Source of the DNA: a virus
DNA: 64,000 nucleotides
Strand: one strand, 5' to 3'
IMG/VR virus record: IMGVR_UViG_3300025141_017118
Coordinates: 38,121-102,120 of that record
Each line of letters begins with the position of its first letter. Positions within the stretch are counted from its first letter, which is position 1. This document shows positions 1 through 9,604 of the stretch, in pieces. Both the position numbers and the translations under genes were made by a program. Below the pieces are notes generated by a model. The model was not told the origin of the DNA. It searched no databases and worked only from the letters and a program-made list of their open reading frames with translations.

Positions 1-901
1 TCATCTTGGCTGCAAAGTAAGATTCACCCTGCATGTCAAAAGATGCTGTCACATAGCGTGTATTACCGGTGTGCCCATTAATGAACATAACAAACCCGTC
101 ATCAGGTAAGTTAACATTCTTCGTGTCAGGTGCCGCCAGGGCGTTGGTGTTGCCCGCTTTCCTAACAAGACCAACAGGACCACCAACATTATTGTTGCTA
201 GCAACTGTAGGTGTGGAAATAATATTTACCTGGCCCGGGCCCTTTGCACCTGATAGTGTAAGAGTAACACCACTCGCTGCCATAAGAATACCACGCAAGA
301 TCGGCTTACTTCCGGTCACATGAGCGGCGCCTGTGCCCCAGCCGGTGTTGCCGATGCTGGGTATAATTCCGGAGTCCGAAAATATGGATGATTCTCTCAT
401 CTCGGCCCCGGTGAGGCCATTGGAGCCTGAGCTCATAAAACAACCAAAGAGGTATGTTCTACCGGTAGAAGCATCCGCTACGCCTGTAGCAGAAGCCAGA
501 GCATGAGGGTTGTTCCCTAACTGGCCGTCGGCCTGGACCAATTGTCCTCCGACAACAAAACCGGCATTGTTAACCCTTCCTGTATTATTACCTGTTGTCA
601 CACGGCGTTTGCCATCACCGGCGCCAAGAACACGTAGATATGTACCGGCAGAGCGATTTGCTAGCCATTGTCTCATGGCCATGGGGCCAAATGTTCGATC
701 TGACTTCCCTGTTGCAATATCTCCAAACCGTTCTACGAACTGTGTAAAATTAGCTACCGTGACAGGCACGAATGCAGGCCCGGTTCGGGAGGGACCGACA
801 ACGGCTGCAGGAACTCCTGTGGGCGACTCTACGGGAGAGCCACCTGTGAGGTCAATTTCGGAGGCTTTTACACCCGGTGATCCAAACGTTACGTTAGACA
901 T
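1..901 (-). CDS. Tail sheath protein, second paralog (5' part; truncated by window edge)
   Basis: Not in the ORF track. ATG at 901 with AGGAG upstream and an open frame to position 1: MSNVTFGSPGVKASEIDLTG...PAAVVGPSRTGPAFVPVTVANFTQFVERFG...TYLRVLGAG. This matches the N-terminus of the adjacent sheath (FKSPGFYPREVD...GPAFIPVTVASLDDFIKTFG...TYMRVLGAG). Confidence 0.88.
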   Translation of the reverse strand, partial: MSNVTFGSPGVKASEIDLTGGSPVESPTGVPAAVVGPSRTGPAFVPVTVANFTQFVERFGDIATGKSDRTFGPMAMRQWLANRSAGTYLRVLGAGDGKRRVTTGNNTGRVNNAGFVVGGQLVQADGQLGNNPHALASATGVADASTGRTYLFGCFMSSGSNGLTGAEMRESSIFSDSGIIPSIGNTGWGTGAAHVTGSKPILRGILMAASGVTLTLSGAKGPGQVNIISTPTVASNNNVGGPVGLVRKAGNTNALAAPDTKNVNLPDDGFVMFINGHTGNTRYVTASFDMQGESYFAAKM

Positions 902-929
902 TCTCTAAACTCCTATTTCTATCTTTTAC

Positions 930-937
930 ATATGTAT
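930..937 (-). promoter_or_regulatory. Candidate late promoter element (ATACATAT)
   Basis: Matches the recurring MTANWTAW motif, ~29 nt upstream of the sheath-2 start. Confidence 0.4.
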
Positions 938-940
938 TCA

Positions 941-3900
941 TTACTGGAAGGTAACCCCTGCTTGATCAATAATGAAGTCCATGGCAATAAACTCTACGCT
1001 TCGCGTCGGTACCACAATAATTCTACCATTGAGGCGGTGATTTAAACGATCCGACTCTGTGTTGTTAGTGTCATCCATTACCACGCGGAACCTCTCAATG
1101 CCTTGTGCGGCCTGAATGGATGCAAGTATTGGTGTGACATTTGATACAAATCTTGAACGTACAGCAGGCGTATTTTGTTCAAATAACAACCTTCTGGCCA
1201 CATTAATTATCTGTCTCTTAAGCTCAAGTAACATTCTACGAACGTTAACCCTGTCTAGGGCCGACGGCGTGGCTTGTAGGTTTTTCTGTCCGAAGATAAC
1301 AAACCCTGGATTATTATTTGATCCCGCCGTTGGTAAGGTTGCAATGGGGTTGATACGACCTTCGTAAAGTGTATCGCGATCCGATGCAGCCAATCTTAGC
1401 GTGGTGTTAGATACACTTGCTAGTGACCCTCTAGAAAAGCCTGCAGGAGCAAACCATGGGCTTTGCATTCTGTCATTTAATCCTAACGCGCCCAATACAG
1501 CAGTTGATGCCGGCTGGCGAACTATCCTTCCGGTCTGGGGGTCAGCTGCAAAGACATCCGGGAAATATGTAGCAACATAATTGTTGTCTATATTTTTCAT
1601 TTCCAGCTCTAGGGTAGTTTGTTTTACCTGAGGTCTTTCGACTGAGTCTGCATATAGCCTACGACCATTTTCATCATACCCGGGAATATCCATTATATAG
1701 ATGGCTAGCCCATACTCTCTGACCAGGTCACTTACAGTATCAGTAACAAGATCACTTCGTATACCCGGTACCGCCAGGATATTAATCATCGACTGGTACT
1801 TATTTGTCATTATACGAGATGCAAAGTTATATGCCGTTATATTCTGGTTTTTATTTCCGGTACCCGCAGGATTTGTTGTTCCATTTGTCTGCGTTCCCAG
1901 TCCAGTATCGCTATAGTCAGTAGCAGCTTTACCTCCGGAAAGGTCCGCGGAGGAAGCACGATCATTCATGAAAAATTGATCTTTATCCAGAATATTCAGG
2001 CCGTCGAAACCACCATAGAAAATATTCGTGAACTTTGCATATGAACTAAATCTATTCCACACCGCAGAAGATGTTGCAAACAGCGTAGCGAACGTTATTC
2101 TACTAAGGCCGGTTGCATTAGGATCAAGGATAGTCCCGTCCGTTGTACTTACCACCCCATTTCGAATGTACGCGGCTTCTTTCATCTCAGTTTTGAGTGC
2201 GCCTGTTAAGAATGATATATGCCCAGCAGTATCCAGTTGGGTCCTTAGAGCGACGCGTGACAATGAAAACTTGTTATTATTGAAGACGTCTGCGCCCGTA
2301 CCCGTAACCAAGGTATCCATTTTTTTGATACCCACAAACTTCGTATAGGCATCCACAATTCGATTAAGCGTTGCCCCCGCGTTGGGTTGTAAGACTGTAT
2401 TATTCAGCCCGGTTTCAACCTGCGAAGAAGATGCAACTAGTAAAGTATTTTGAACCCCCCAATAAAGGTTTTTATTGGCACGCTCATCAGCACCAGCCTG
2501 GCCAACCCATGTAGGATTGTCTTGAAGCGCGCCCTTTGTGCACTTAAACCTAAATGGTAGTGGAGGTACAATTCCAAATCGTAACCTGCGTGCGATTGAC
2601 CTAGTTGTTGAAGCCCCATCATCTGGATCGGCGCTAGCGCCCATGGCGCCACTAGACCAGAGTCGTGGTAGTTTGTTCGCGGTCTCGGCTCCGTCTAGAT
2701 TTGTTTGGCCAAGGGCAACACCATTATAACTCAACACAGAACCTGAAAGGTCTGTCAACGAGTTTGTGGTTTTTAAAGTTGGTACTCCCCGGAAACCAAA
2801 TACACCAGCAGACTCTGGAACGTCACCATTCTTAAGTTGCTTACTTAACTGAACCCTTACATACGCGGACTTGACTGGCCACTGTCCTGTGACAATAATG
2901 TTTTTCTCATCCTCATACTCGGAGTCAAAATTAACCTTGTACTTGATGTCACCTATTCTTTTTCCGACATAATTTGAACTTCGCGGGTCTAAATTACACT
3001 CCGTAAAGGATTCTAAGATCACTCTTTTCTTATCCGTATCCGTAAATTTACGAATCTCCACATCAAATGAAGGATAAGGATATGAAGGATCAGCAGATTT
3101 CCTTAGATTACTAATTGATGCCTTAAACTTATCATTTGCATGAGCTCCGTCATCTAAAGCCTCGAGGTAAAATAGGTCCCACTCTGTTCCAGCGTAAGGT
3201 TGCGAAATAAACATTGTTGTGCGTGGTGACGTATACCTAGCATCAAACCTTCCATATGCCTGCAGAAACTCTGAAGGAGATATTTCACCACTAGTATTAC
3301 TATGGGCCTTACTCCCCGAACAAAGTGCAACCGAACCGGTAATAGGGCTTAGCCTACAAATATTATGATCTACTGGCCAGTGTGCATAAAGAAGGTGAGA
3401 TTCCTCCTGAAACTTGAGAGGATCAGTATTAAGAACATTTGAAAGGTAGTTGATGTTTGAAGGATCAAGGGACGCAGTTAGAACTCTTAAGCCGGTAAGG
3501 CCTGAAGGCGCTGTTCCAAAATTCTGTGTAGAACTAGAAATAACTAGTTTGAAACCCTTTCTTGTCCCTTCTCTATTGATAAAGCTTGAACCGGCCGTGG
3601 TGAAATCACCAAAGGGTGTTGCCTGATCGCCATAGGCCGCGTCGGTCCAGTTTCTTCCGCTGGTGGGGCCACCAACATTTGGCTGGGGATATCTAGACGT
3701 TCCGGCAAAGGCGCCGTTATCACCATCTAGAAGCTGTAGCCTGGTTCCCGTAGCTACCAAAATCATAGCTCTCGTTAGAACCAGACCGCTAGCGGATTTT
3801 TGAGAGTGAGCAGCTTCCTGCAAGTTTGCTAAAACGCTAACTGGAAAACTATCATTCTGAGTAAACATTGGAAACCCAATGCCCTCTTGTGAACCTGATA

Positions 3901-4354
3901 TCTCATGAAGCGCGTTGATAAATGTAACGGCACCTACTGCGCCTCCTGGGACGGAGGAGTTAAATGCCGGAGCACCTGGAACGGAGCTGGCCTTGCCAGA
4001 AATCTCAGAACCGGATAACCTGAACCCAGCGTTCCTAACGGTTCCCTGTCGAGCTGTAGTAAGAAAATCTGCAGCCGAATTATTGGAACCAGCGCCTAAA
4101 ACTCTCATGTAGGTGCACGCTTGTTGCGTCTTCAAGTACTCTGCCAGGGCATAAGGCCCCGCCATGTGTTGGTTTAAATCACCGAAAGTCTTAATAAAAT
4201 CATCAAGACTGGCCACGGTGACTGGAATAAATGCGGGGCCCCGCTGGGCAACACCAATCACACCTGCGGGTGTGCCTTGCGGTGATGTTGTCGGAAGCCC
4301 TATATCAACTTCGCGGGGATAAAAACCCGGGGATTTAAATGTTTGCTCAGCCAT
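941..4354 (-). CDS. Tail sheath protein (T4 gp18-like), 1137 aa with large insertion domains
   Basis: N-terminal SPG..PREVD/GPAF motif; C-terminal sheath signature PWFAPAGFSRG, INPI, IFGQKNLQ...SALDRVNVRRML, P.RSVEFIAMDF; AAGGAG SD. Confidence 0.95.
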   Translation of the reverse strand: MAEQTFKSPGFYPREVDIGLPTTSPQGTPAGVIGVAQRGPAFIPVTVASLDDFIKTFGDLNQHMAGPYALAEYLKTQQACTYMRVLGAGSNNSAADFLTTARQGTVRNAGFRLSGSEISGKASSVPGAPAFNSSVPGGAVGAVTFINALHEISGSQEGIGFPMFTQNDSFPVSVLANLQEAAHSQKSASGLVLTRAMILVATGTRLQLLDGDNGAFAGTSRYPQPNVGGPTSGRNWTDAAYGDQATPFGDFTTAGSSFINREGTRKGFKLVISSSTQNFGTAPSGLTGLRVLTASLDPSNINYLSNVLNTDPLKFQEESHLLYAHWPVDHNICRLSPITGSVALCSGSKAHSNTSGEISPSEFLQAYGRFDARYTSPRTTMFISQPYAGTEWDLFYLEALDDGAHANDKFKASISNLRKSADPSYPYPSFDVEIRKFTDTDKKRVILESFTECNLDPRSSNYVGKRIGDIKYKVNFDSEYEDEKNIIVTGQWPVKSAYVRVQLSKQLKNGDVPESAGVFGFRGVPTLKTTNSLTDLSGSVLSYNGVALGQTNLDGAETANKLPRLWSSGAMGASADPDDGASTTRSIARRLRFGIVPPLPFRFKCTKGALQDNPTWVGQAGADERANKNLYWGVQNTLLVASSSQVETGLNNTVLQPNAGATLNRIVDAYTKFVGIKKMDTLVTGTGADVFNNNKFSLSRVALRTQLDTAGHISFLTGALKTEMKEAAYIRNGVVSTTDGTILDPNATGLSRITFATLFATSSAVWNRFSSYAKFTNIFYGGFDGLNILDKDQFFMNDRASSADLSGGKAATDYSDTGLGTQTNGTTNPAGTGNKNQNITAYNFASRIMTNKYQSMINILAVPGIRSDLVTDTVSDLVREYGLAIYIMDIPGYDENGRRLYADSVERPQVKQTTLELEMKNIDNNYVATYFPDVFAADPQTGRIVRQPASTAVLGALGLNDRMQSPWFAPAGFSRGSLASVSNTTLRLAASDRDTLYEGRINPIATLPTAGSNNNPGFVIFGQKNLQATPSALDRVNVRRMLLELKRQIINVARRLLFEQNTPAVRSRFVSNVTPILASIQAAQGIERFRVVMDDTNNTESDRLNHRLNGRIIVVPTRSVEFIAMDFIIDQAGVTFQ

Positions 4355-4388
4355 TCACTAGTCTCCTTGGACTTAACTCTTTACTGAA

Positions 4389-4396
4389 ATAAGTAT
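4389..4396 (-). promoter_or_regulatory. Candidate late promoter element (ATACTTAT)
   Basis: Recurring motif ~35 nt upstream of the sheath-1 start. Confidence 0.45.
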
Positions 4397-4442
4397 AACG
4401 TCCATAACTTAAAATACCGACCCTTATCGCCGAATATTGTGT

Positions 4443-5795
4443 TTACATATCTAAATTTTCTAAAAACTCAAAATCAGTGTTAATTTTCCCAGTATTGGGA
4501 TCCTTAAAAATTGTTTCTCCCTTGCGTGTAGATGCTCGTGCCTTCAACGGATCCTTGTACTTTTTACCGGTAAACGGATCAGTCAAAATTTTAGGAGAGG
4601 ATACTAAACTTTTGCCGGCAACTGCACCTCCCACATTCACTGTCTTATGATTATTCACGGCGACGCCCTTTTTCAAGTTTGCATCGAAAGATGATGCTAT
4701 GGCGTGACCACCACCTATTGCATCTGCAGGATAGTCACTATCCCACTCGTCTAAATCATCTAAAATATATTTTGATGGATCACCACTTGGTGGGCCATTT
4801 ACTACCGTCTGCTGCAAGTCATTTTTATTTTCTATAATTTCAAATACAACGTCTGGAGAAGTAGTAAACGACCTGAATGGTACCGGGGCACCGGTAAAAT
4901 CAGGATTGATAATATACCCTGGAACTTCTGCATTGAAACTATACCTAACAAGCCTCTCGTTGTCGGCAAAGTCATCAAAATTTGTAGCAGATGTTATATC
5001 GGCATTCACATAGGCGACAAACCAATATCCTTTATCACTCTCTATGCGAAATGTACGCTGATTATTATCCTGGTATGAACTCATTAATGCCATCATCATT
5101 TCATTCATCTGTTGTGTATACTGGGCCCAGAAAGTCACTTCATAAGTAACAGTAAAAAACTTCGTAGGCGGAATAGTGATAATTTCATAAATATTTCGCC
5201 CAATATTATTGCGTAGAAGCTGGCCCTGGCGGGCCCTTAAACCAACTACCGGTTGGCGGCGGCGGGTGCCCACGGTCCCAGGCTTTGTGCTATAGGACTG
5301 TATCGAACCTGATGCCGCTGTATACATTCCGGGATCACGAAGAACATGTGTGGGACTTGCAACATTATCCTGATTTTTTAGACCATCCTTGTTTAATATG
5401 CGTTGATAGTTCACATCATCTTTGCTCAAACGCTTCTTAATTACCATAGGTGCATTCTGTCCTGGCATTGAGCCCTTCGTAGAATCTTGGGTAACTGTCG
5501 TTCTCATCATTGATATTAAGGGAAGAATAAGCGCGCCACTATTGTCACGGAGCGGGCGCTTTCTACGGAGTATAGCAAATCTCTCACCAGTAGCAAAAAT
5601 AACCGGGATCCTCCGGGTATCTTTTTGAAGCTTATAAAAGAATGGAATCTCCTCATTAAAAAGATTAAAAAATGCCCTATCGATATCTTCAATGGTACAT
5701 GAGGGTAAACTAAAGTCATCAGGAACATTAGTTCCCTCTAGGCCGGTGGGAACAGATACGTCGTCTGATATTGTTTTTGTATACCTGGTTGACAT
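4443..5795 (-). CDS. Putative tail completion/terminator protein (T4 gp15-like)
   Basis: Position between neck genes and sheath; motifs IPVIFATGERF, LILPLISMMRT, VTYEVTFWAQYTQQMNEM resemble tail-terminator family proteins. Confidence 0.6.
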   Translation of the reverse strand: MSTRYTKTISDDVSVPTGLEGTNVPDDFSLPSCTIEDIDRAFFNLFNEEIPFFYKLQKDTRRIPVIFATGERFAILRRKRPLRDNSGALILPLISMMRTTVTQDSTKGSMPGQNAPMVIKKRLSKDDVNYQRILNKDGLKNQDNVASPTHVLRDPGMYTAASGSIQSYSTKPGTVGTRRRQPVVGLRARQGQLLRNNIGRNIYEIITIPPTKFFTVTYEVTFWAQYTQQMNEMMMALMSSYQDNNQRTFRIESDKGYWFVAYVNADITSATNFDDFADNERLVRYSFNAEVPGYIINPDFTGAPVPFRSFTTSPDVVFEIIENKNDLQQTVVNGPPSGDPSKYILDDLDEWDSDYPADAIGGGHAIASSFDANLKKGVAVNNHKTVNVGGAVAGKSLVSSPKILTDPFTGKKYKDPLKARASTRKGETIFKDPNTGKINTDFEFLENLDM

Positions 5796-5805
5796 TTCTT
5801 ATCTC

Positions 5806-6489
5806 CTAGGAGTCCGAGTAGAATGCAGAATCGATCGTGCCTATCTCATTCTCGCTTCCGGTTCCGCCTTTCTCTGAAACTTCTGCAGGACCGCTTATTG
5901 GTTTAGTTAATACGTCTTTCTTTTGTAATGATCGAACATCACCTGTTGGGCCTTCTGCATTTTCGGCAAATCCACGTTGCTGGATAAACGTCTCTTGCAC
6001 TGCGTCCTTCTCAGAATACTCTTCGCCTAATGGCCCTATAGGATTCTTATCAATCTGTCCAATCCTGGCCTGTTTGCCTATTATTTTTATTCCAGTTGTA
6101 TGCTCAATTTGCCCATATATCTGGCTCTGTTCTAGGACAGACGTAATCTCAAAAAAAGTTGTTCCATAACTAAAATAATCACCCGCCTCTATTAATAATT
6201 CTTTATCTATCATGTCACGATACTGAATGTAAGCAGTTATAGAGTAATAATACTCCATACCAAACTCATTAGTTCGTACATCGGACTCTTCCCATTCAAC
6301 GCTTGAATCAATTTCTGTTGGTGGATCAAAAACCTTGTCTATAGATTCTTCATAGATATCATGAATAGCAGACAGGTCTTCTCTGGCCTTATAGAAATAG
6401 ATCTTTTGACCGATTACATCCTTTATCAGTTCTTTATTTGTGTCCGCGATAAAGTCAATTTCGCGTGGTGTTATAAACAGTCTTGCCAC
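5806..6489 (-). CDS. Putative neck/head-closure protein (T4 gp14-like)
   Basis: GTG start; GQKIYFY...DIYEE...F.PP.EI...FG...GDYF..G..FFEI pattern; sits between the gp13-like and gp15-like genes. Confidence 0.6.
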   Translation of the reverse strand: MARLFITPREIDFIADTNKELIKDVIGQKIYFYKAREDLSAIHDIYEESIDKVFDPPTEIDSSVEWEESDVRTNEFGMEYYYSITAYIQYRDMIDKELLIEAGDYFSYGTTFFEITSVLEQSQIYGQIEHTTGIKIIGKQARIGQIDKNPIGPLGEEYSEKDAVQETFIQQRGFAENAEGPTGDVRSLQKKDVLTKPISGPAEVSEKGGTGSENEIGTIDSAFYSDS

Positions 6490-6499
6490 TACCTACCCC

Positions 6500-7696
6500 T
6501 TATCCCATAATAATTGCTTTACCATTTGGAACTGGAATATTTCTTAATATTCTCGTCATAGCCTCAGACTGATCCGCCTGCTTTGAAATGAGGTTTCCAT
6601 ACGTCATTCCTTCTAAAGTTTCTCTCAGGCTTGTCTTTAACGCTTCTTTTTCTTCCCGACCACCGGATACTAAATCATCACCATTTAGGGTTAGATCAGC
6701 ATTGGGTATGGGGATTGTAGAAAACTTTGATCTTACAAGACCTAAAAGCTCCTTACAACATGCTAGTGTATATTGACGGATCCACTGTCGTCCTATGCTG
6801 TTTATCTTGTCAAATGCAAGATTGCCATATGGAATATTTGATAAATTACTTACCCCATATATGCTTGAATCTTTAAACGCCGGCCGAAAGGGATCGTTAG
6901 TAAATCCAACCCTTATCCATAGCTTTCTAGGATCATCATGTGTTGGTTTAGGGTATAACCTTATTTGGGTACCAAAAGTGCGAAATGAATAGTTCGAACG
7001 CCTCACACGATTAGATAGATCCAACTGGCCCGCCCTTAAGACATCTTCAAATACCGGCAGAACATAAAATACTGTCTCTGGTGTAAATGACTCAAAGCTA
7101 AATTCGTTGTTCAGGTAATTAATTGCCGATGTTGTATCAAAAAACCTATATGCGGCCTGGGGACTAAAATGGAAGACCTCCATTATCTTAAGTCGGCTTC
7201 TCCTGTTGGAGGGTTGTGAATTGAATATATTGTTTCCATCACCATCCACCAAGTCTTCATAGATATCATAGTCTTGGATATTTTTCTTTAGTGAAATAGA
7301 GCCAGAGATAGTATCATAAGATCCTCCTATGGAAGCCTCACTAGCATATGGCTCTGCCTGCCTGTTAAGGAACTCCATTGTTTCCCTAGGGAGCATACTT
7401 TCATATCCGTGTGGACCAATATTAAAGGAACCTGATACGGAACTACCCGTAGGAAACCCCATCAGATTCATCAAATTGGATTCCGCCTGGTACCTATTGA
7501 TAACTGCCCCATATTCCATTAGGGACTCTTCAAAGCATGCCCAGATCTGTTTTTTCGTTAATTCAACCGATAAAATATCATCGCCCAGCTTTCTCTTTAC
7601 ATAGACGACCATAGAATCGGCCTCTGTCTGGAAAGCTGCGTCTGCGTTAAAAAAACCAAAAGGCGTCGGGTTTAGTGTGTTCGCAAAAGTCGGCAC
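6500..7696 (-). CDS. Putative neck/head-tail adaptor protein (T4 gp13-like)
   Basis: RKLG...SVELTKKQI, WIRQYTLA.CKELLG.VRSKF..IP.....LNG.DL...G.EE motifs typical of gp13-like neck proteins; GTG start with GGGAG. Confidence 0.7.
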   Translation of the reverse strand: MPTFANTLNPTPFGFFNADAAFQTEADSMVVYVKRKLGDDILSVELTKKQIWACFEESLMEYGAVINRYQAESNLMNLMGFPTGSSVSGSFNIGPHGYESMLPRETMEFLNRQAEPYASEASIGGSYDTISGSISLKKNIQDYDIYEDLVDGDGNNIFNSQPSNRRSRLKIMEVFHFSPQAAYRFFDTTSAINYLNNEFSFESFTPETVFYVLPVFEDVLRAGQLDLSNRVRRSNYSFRTFGTQIRLYPKPTHDDPRKLWIRVGFTNDPFRPAFKDSSIYGVSNLSNIPYGNLAFDKINSIGRQWIRQYTLACCKELLGLVRSKFSTIPIPNADLTLNGDDLVSGGREEKEALKTSLRETLEGMTYGNLISKQADQSEAMTRILRNIPVPNGKAIIMG

Positions 7697-7737
7697 GAAT
7701 ATTCTCCCTAACTAGAATTCAAACAAAGCTCAGTGTT

Positions 7738-7745
7738 ATAAATAG
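7738..7745 (-). promoter_or_regulatory. Candidate late promoter element (CTATTTAT)
   Basis: Recurring motif between the 7790-7823 terminator and the neck gene start (~42 nt upstream). Confidence 0.45.
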
Positions 7746-7789
7746 GCAAGTGATCTGTTGATTACTTGAACGAAATATATTTGTTGTAT

Positions 7790-7823
7790 AAAAAACAGAA
7801 GGGGCCCCATGAGGGGCCCCTTC
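7790..7823 (-). terminator. Rho-independent terminator
   Basis: Minus strand reads GAAGGGGCCCC-TCAT-GGGGCCCCTTC followed by TGTTTTTT, just downstream of the 170-aa gene. Confidence 0.85.
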
Positions 7824-7851
7824 CTTAAACTTTAAAAAATATTATTAAATT

Positions 7852-8364
7852 CTATTGCGGGCCCGGACCACCAGTTGCAATTCGATGTGATCCAGTCAGG
7901 CTATAGCAAAAATACCTACGACCATCGCTTACAACCTTAAGGCAGTCGCCTTCACTGTTTCCTAACTGAATACGCTGGCCAGCAAGGACACCCCCCGGGG
8001 CGGATTGTGAGCCGGATGCCCAATAAAATAAGTCAAGGATCGCATCGCTGGTTGATCCAGAAATGACATTGCACCCTGACTTTCCTTTTTGGGCAACACC
8101 ACCCCCCGACTTGCGGGAACCACCTGCTCTAAAATAAAACTCCTGACCGGTAGCTGATGCTACCGCTGGTAGTCTTGCCATGGCACCCGTGCCTGTGTTC
8201 TGACCACCATCACCTGTGCCTGATAGTATCGTAAACGCAGTGCATGATCCTGTCGTCCCACCATTGATTTGTGACGTCCTTAACTTTGGACTGTGTTCTA
8301 ACTCAAAACCACGTCCTCGGGACTGAACGAGGCCTTTGTCATTCGTAATAGTAACCTTAGGCAT
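7852..8364 (-). CDS. Small Gly/Ser-rich putative virion (head decoration/fibre) protein
   Basis: AAGGAG SD, own terminator, located between capsid and neck genes; 6 [ST]G[ST] motifs in 170 aa. Function is inferred. Confidence 0.5.
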   Translation of the reverse strand: MPKVTITNDKGLVQSRGRGFELEHSPKLRTSQINGGTTGSCTAFTILSGTGDGGQNTGTGAMARLPAVASATGQEFYFRAGGSRKSGGGVAQKGKSGCNVISGSTSDAILDLFYWASGSQSAPGGVLAGQRIQLGNSEGDCLKVVSDGRRYFCYSLTGSHRIATGGPGPQ

Positions 8365-8594
8365 GATCTCTCCTTGAAAATATTTTATGCGATTTTAAGC
8401 TATCGACAAAATGGGTTGTTTTTGATTTGCGCCTGATCATATATATCAGAATATGTATGAAAAAACTATGGCTTAAACATTTTTTTTAAATTCTATTAAT
8501 TAAAGTCTATGGTACCAATGCTGAAGGCGAATGGGACGTCGATGTGGTGATATTATCATTATCTATTATCGACTCTAGGTGTGACCTGTGTTGC

Positions 8595-8927
8595 CTATCC
8601 AAAAGCCTTAAGCGCCCATACAAATATACCCATAGCAACCTGGATACCTGCAAACATCGTTATTGCTTTTGTCTTGAATGTCTTAAGGCTTGCTACTTCA
8701 CTTAACAATTCTTTTAGTTGTGTGGGTGAACAAACATCATCGATTTTTTCTTTCCACACCTTAAGTTCATCCACCTTGTCTTCCCTGACTTGCATTTTCG
8801 CAATTTCTTGTTTGACATTCTGAAGTTCTGTCTTTAATCCGTCAATGCCGTCTGATAGCGTCTCTAGTTCTTTTAAGACTAGACGTGAATATTCATTCCA
8901 GCCGTTTTGATTAGTGTGTGGTACCAT
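8595..8927 (-). CDS. Coiled-coil protein with C-terminal transmembrane helix (holin/XhlA-like?)
   Basis: The track ORF starts at 8948, but ATG 8927 (MVPHTN...) has GGAG upstream. Heptad-like helix LETLSDGIDGLKTELQNVKQEI; hydrophobic tail AITMFAGIQVAMGIFVWAL. Confidence 0.6.
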   Translation of the reverse strand: MVPHTNQNGWNEYSRLVLKELETLSDGIDGLKTELQNVKQEIAKMQVREDKVDELKVWKEKIDDVCSPTQLKELLSEVASLKTFKTKAITMFAGIQVAMGIFVWALKAFG

Positions 8928-8931
8928 TTTA

Positions 8932-9468
8932 TTACTCCGGGATCTCAAGTAATTGTTTTAACCGACTTACGCTGAGGGCTCTTTTAGAGATAGAATTTAT
9001 ATTCTTATAGTCGCCTCTTCTTTTCAAAGTCATACTATGAATGTCTTCAAGGCATGATAACATTATTGCATTCACAGTTACATCCCAAGCGATCCCTGAA
9101 ACACCTATGATTTGTTTGGCTTCATTTGTCCTGGGTACTAGCTTTACATAGTGTACGCTATGATCTGTTTTTACAAAATAACTTACAACATCGCCCGCTA
9201 GTGCTTTTTCGTGATTTTCTAATGACTCATTTTTTACATTCGGACAATCAAATAAATCACAAAGATTTTTGGCACCTGGACTGATGAATCCATTTCCGCG
9301 TTGTGATACAACAACATGCTCTTTCGTTATTGACCACATAGTTACCGGAACGGGAAATGTATCAAAGAATTCTTCGAATAGCTTCATGTCTTTTTTGAGC
9401 TGCTGATCTCTATCACTCAACTCATTTACCAGCTCATGAAGCCTATTAAAGTTTTTCTTATTTTTCAC
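8932..9468 (-). CDS. Stand-alone PAS-domain protein
   Basis: GTG at 9468 is 7 nt after AGGAG; the track start at 9570 runs up to the terminator. Coiled coil, then LFEEFFDTFPVPV...HEKALAG...VKLVP..NEAKQIIGVSGIAWDVT, the classic PAS C-terminal strand ending in DVT. Confidence 0.75.
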   Translation of the reverse strand: MKNKKNFNRLHELVNELSDRDQQLKKDMKLFEEFFDTFPVPVTMWSITKEHVVVSQRGNGFISPGAKNLCDLFDCPNVKNESLENHEKALAGDVVSYFVKTDHSVHYVKLVPRTNEAKQIIGVSGIAWDVTVNAIMLSCLEDIHSMTLKRRGDYKNINSISKRALSVSRLKQLLEIPE

Positions 9469-9506
9469 CCTAGGGCTCCTGTGTTGAAAGATGTTGAAAG
9501 ACAAAA

Positions 9507-9514
9507 ATAAATAT
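9507..9514 (-). promoter_or_regulatory. Candidate late promoter element (ATATTTAT)
   Basis: Recurring motif between the capsid terminator and the PAS gene start. Confidence 0.45.
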
Positions 9515-9568
9515 AAGACTAAGCATGCTTCAACCACAAAAAACGGATAAAGTATACTCAAATTTAAC

Positions 9569-9604
9569 AAAAAAAAAGGGGATACCCATATGGGTATCCC
9601 CTTT
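9569..9604 (-). terminator. Rho-independent terminator after the major capsid gene
   Basis: Perfect 30-bp palindrome AAAGGGGATACCCAT|ATGGGTATCCCCTTT (9575-9604) with a T9 run on the minus strand, ~20 nt after the MCP stop. Confidence 0.9.

Noticed and set aside
7737-7744. Exact T4 late promoter TATAAATA on the plus strand
   Set aside because: It points away from all genes and is better read as the reverse complement of the minus-strand CTATTTAT motif.
8365-8594. Longest intergenic gap (~230 bp) as a possible ncRNA, tRNA or mini-CRISPR
   Set aside because: No cloverleaf, repeat-spacer pattern or convincing stem; only a short CTGAT...ATCAG inverted repeat around promoter-like AT motifs. An Infernal search would be needed to exclude an RNA fully.
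9469-9570. Hydrophobic N-terminal 'transmembrane helix' on the PAS ORF
   Set aside because: It comes from extending the ORF through AT-rich intergenic DNA up to the terminator; a GTG with a well-spaced AGGAG at 9468 is the better start.
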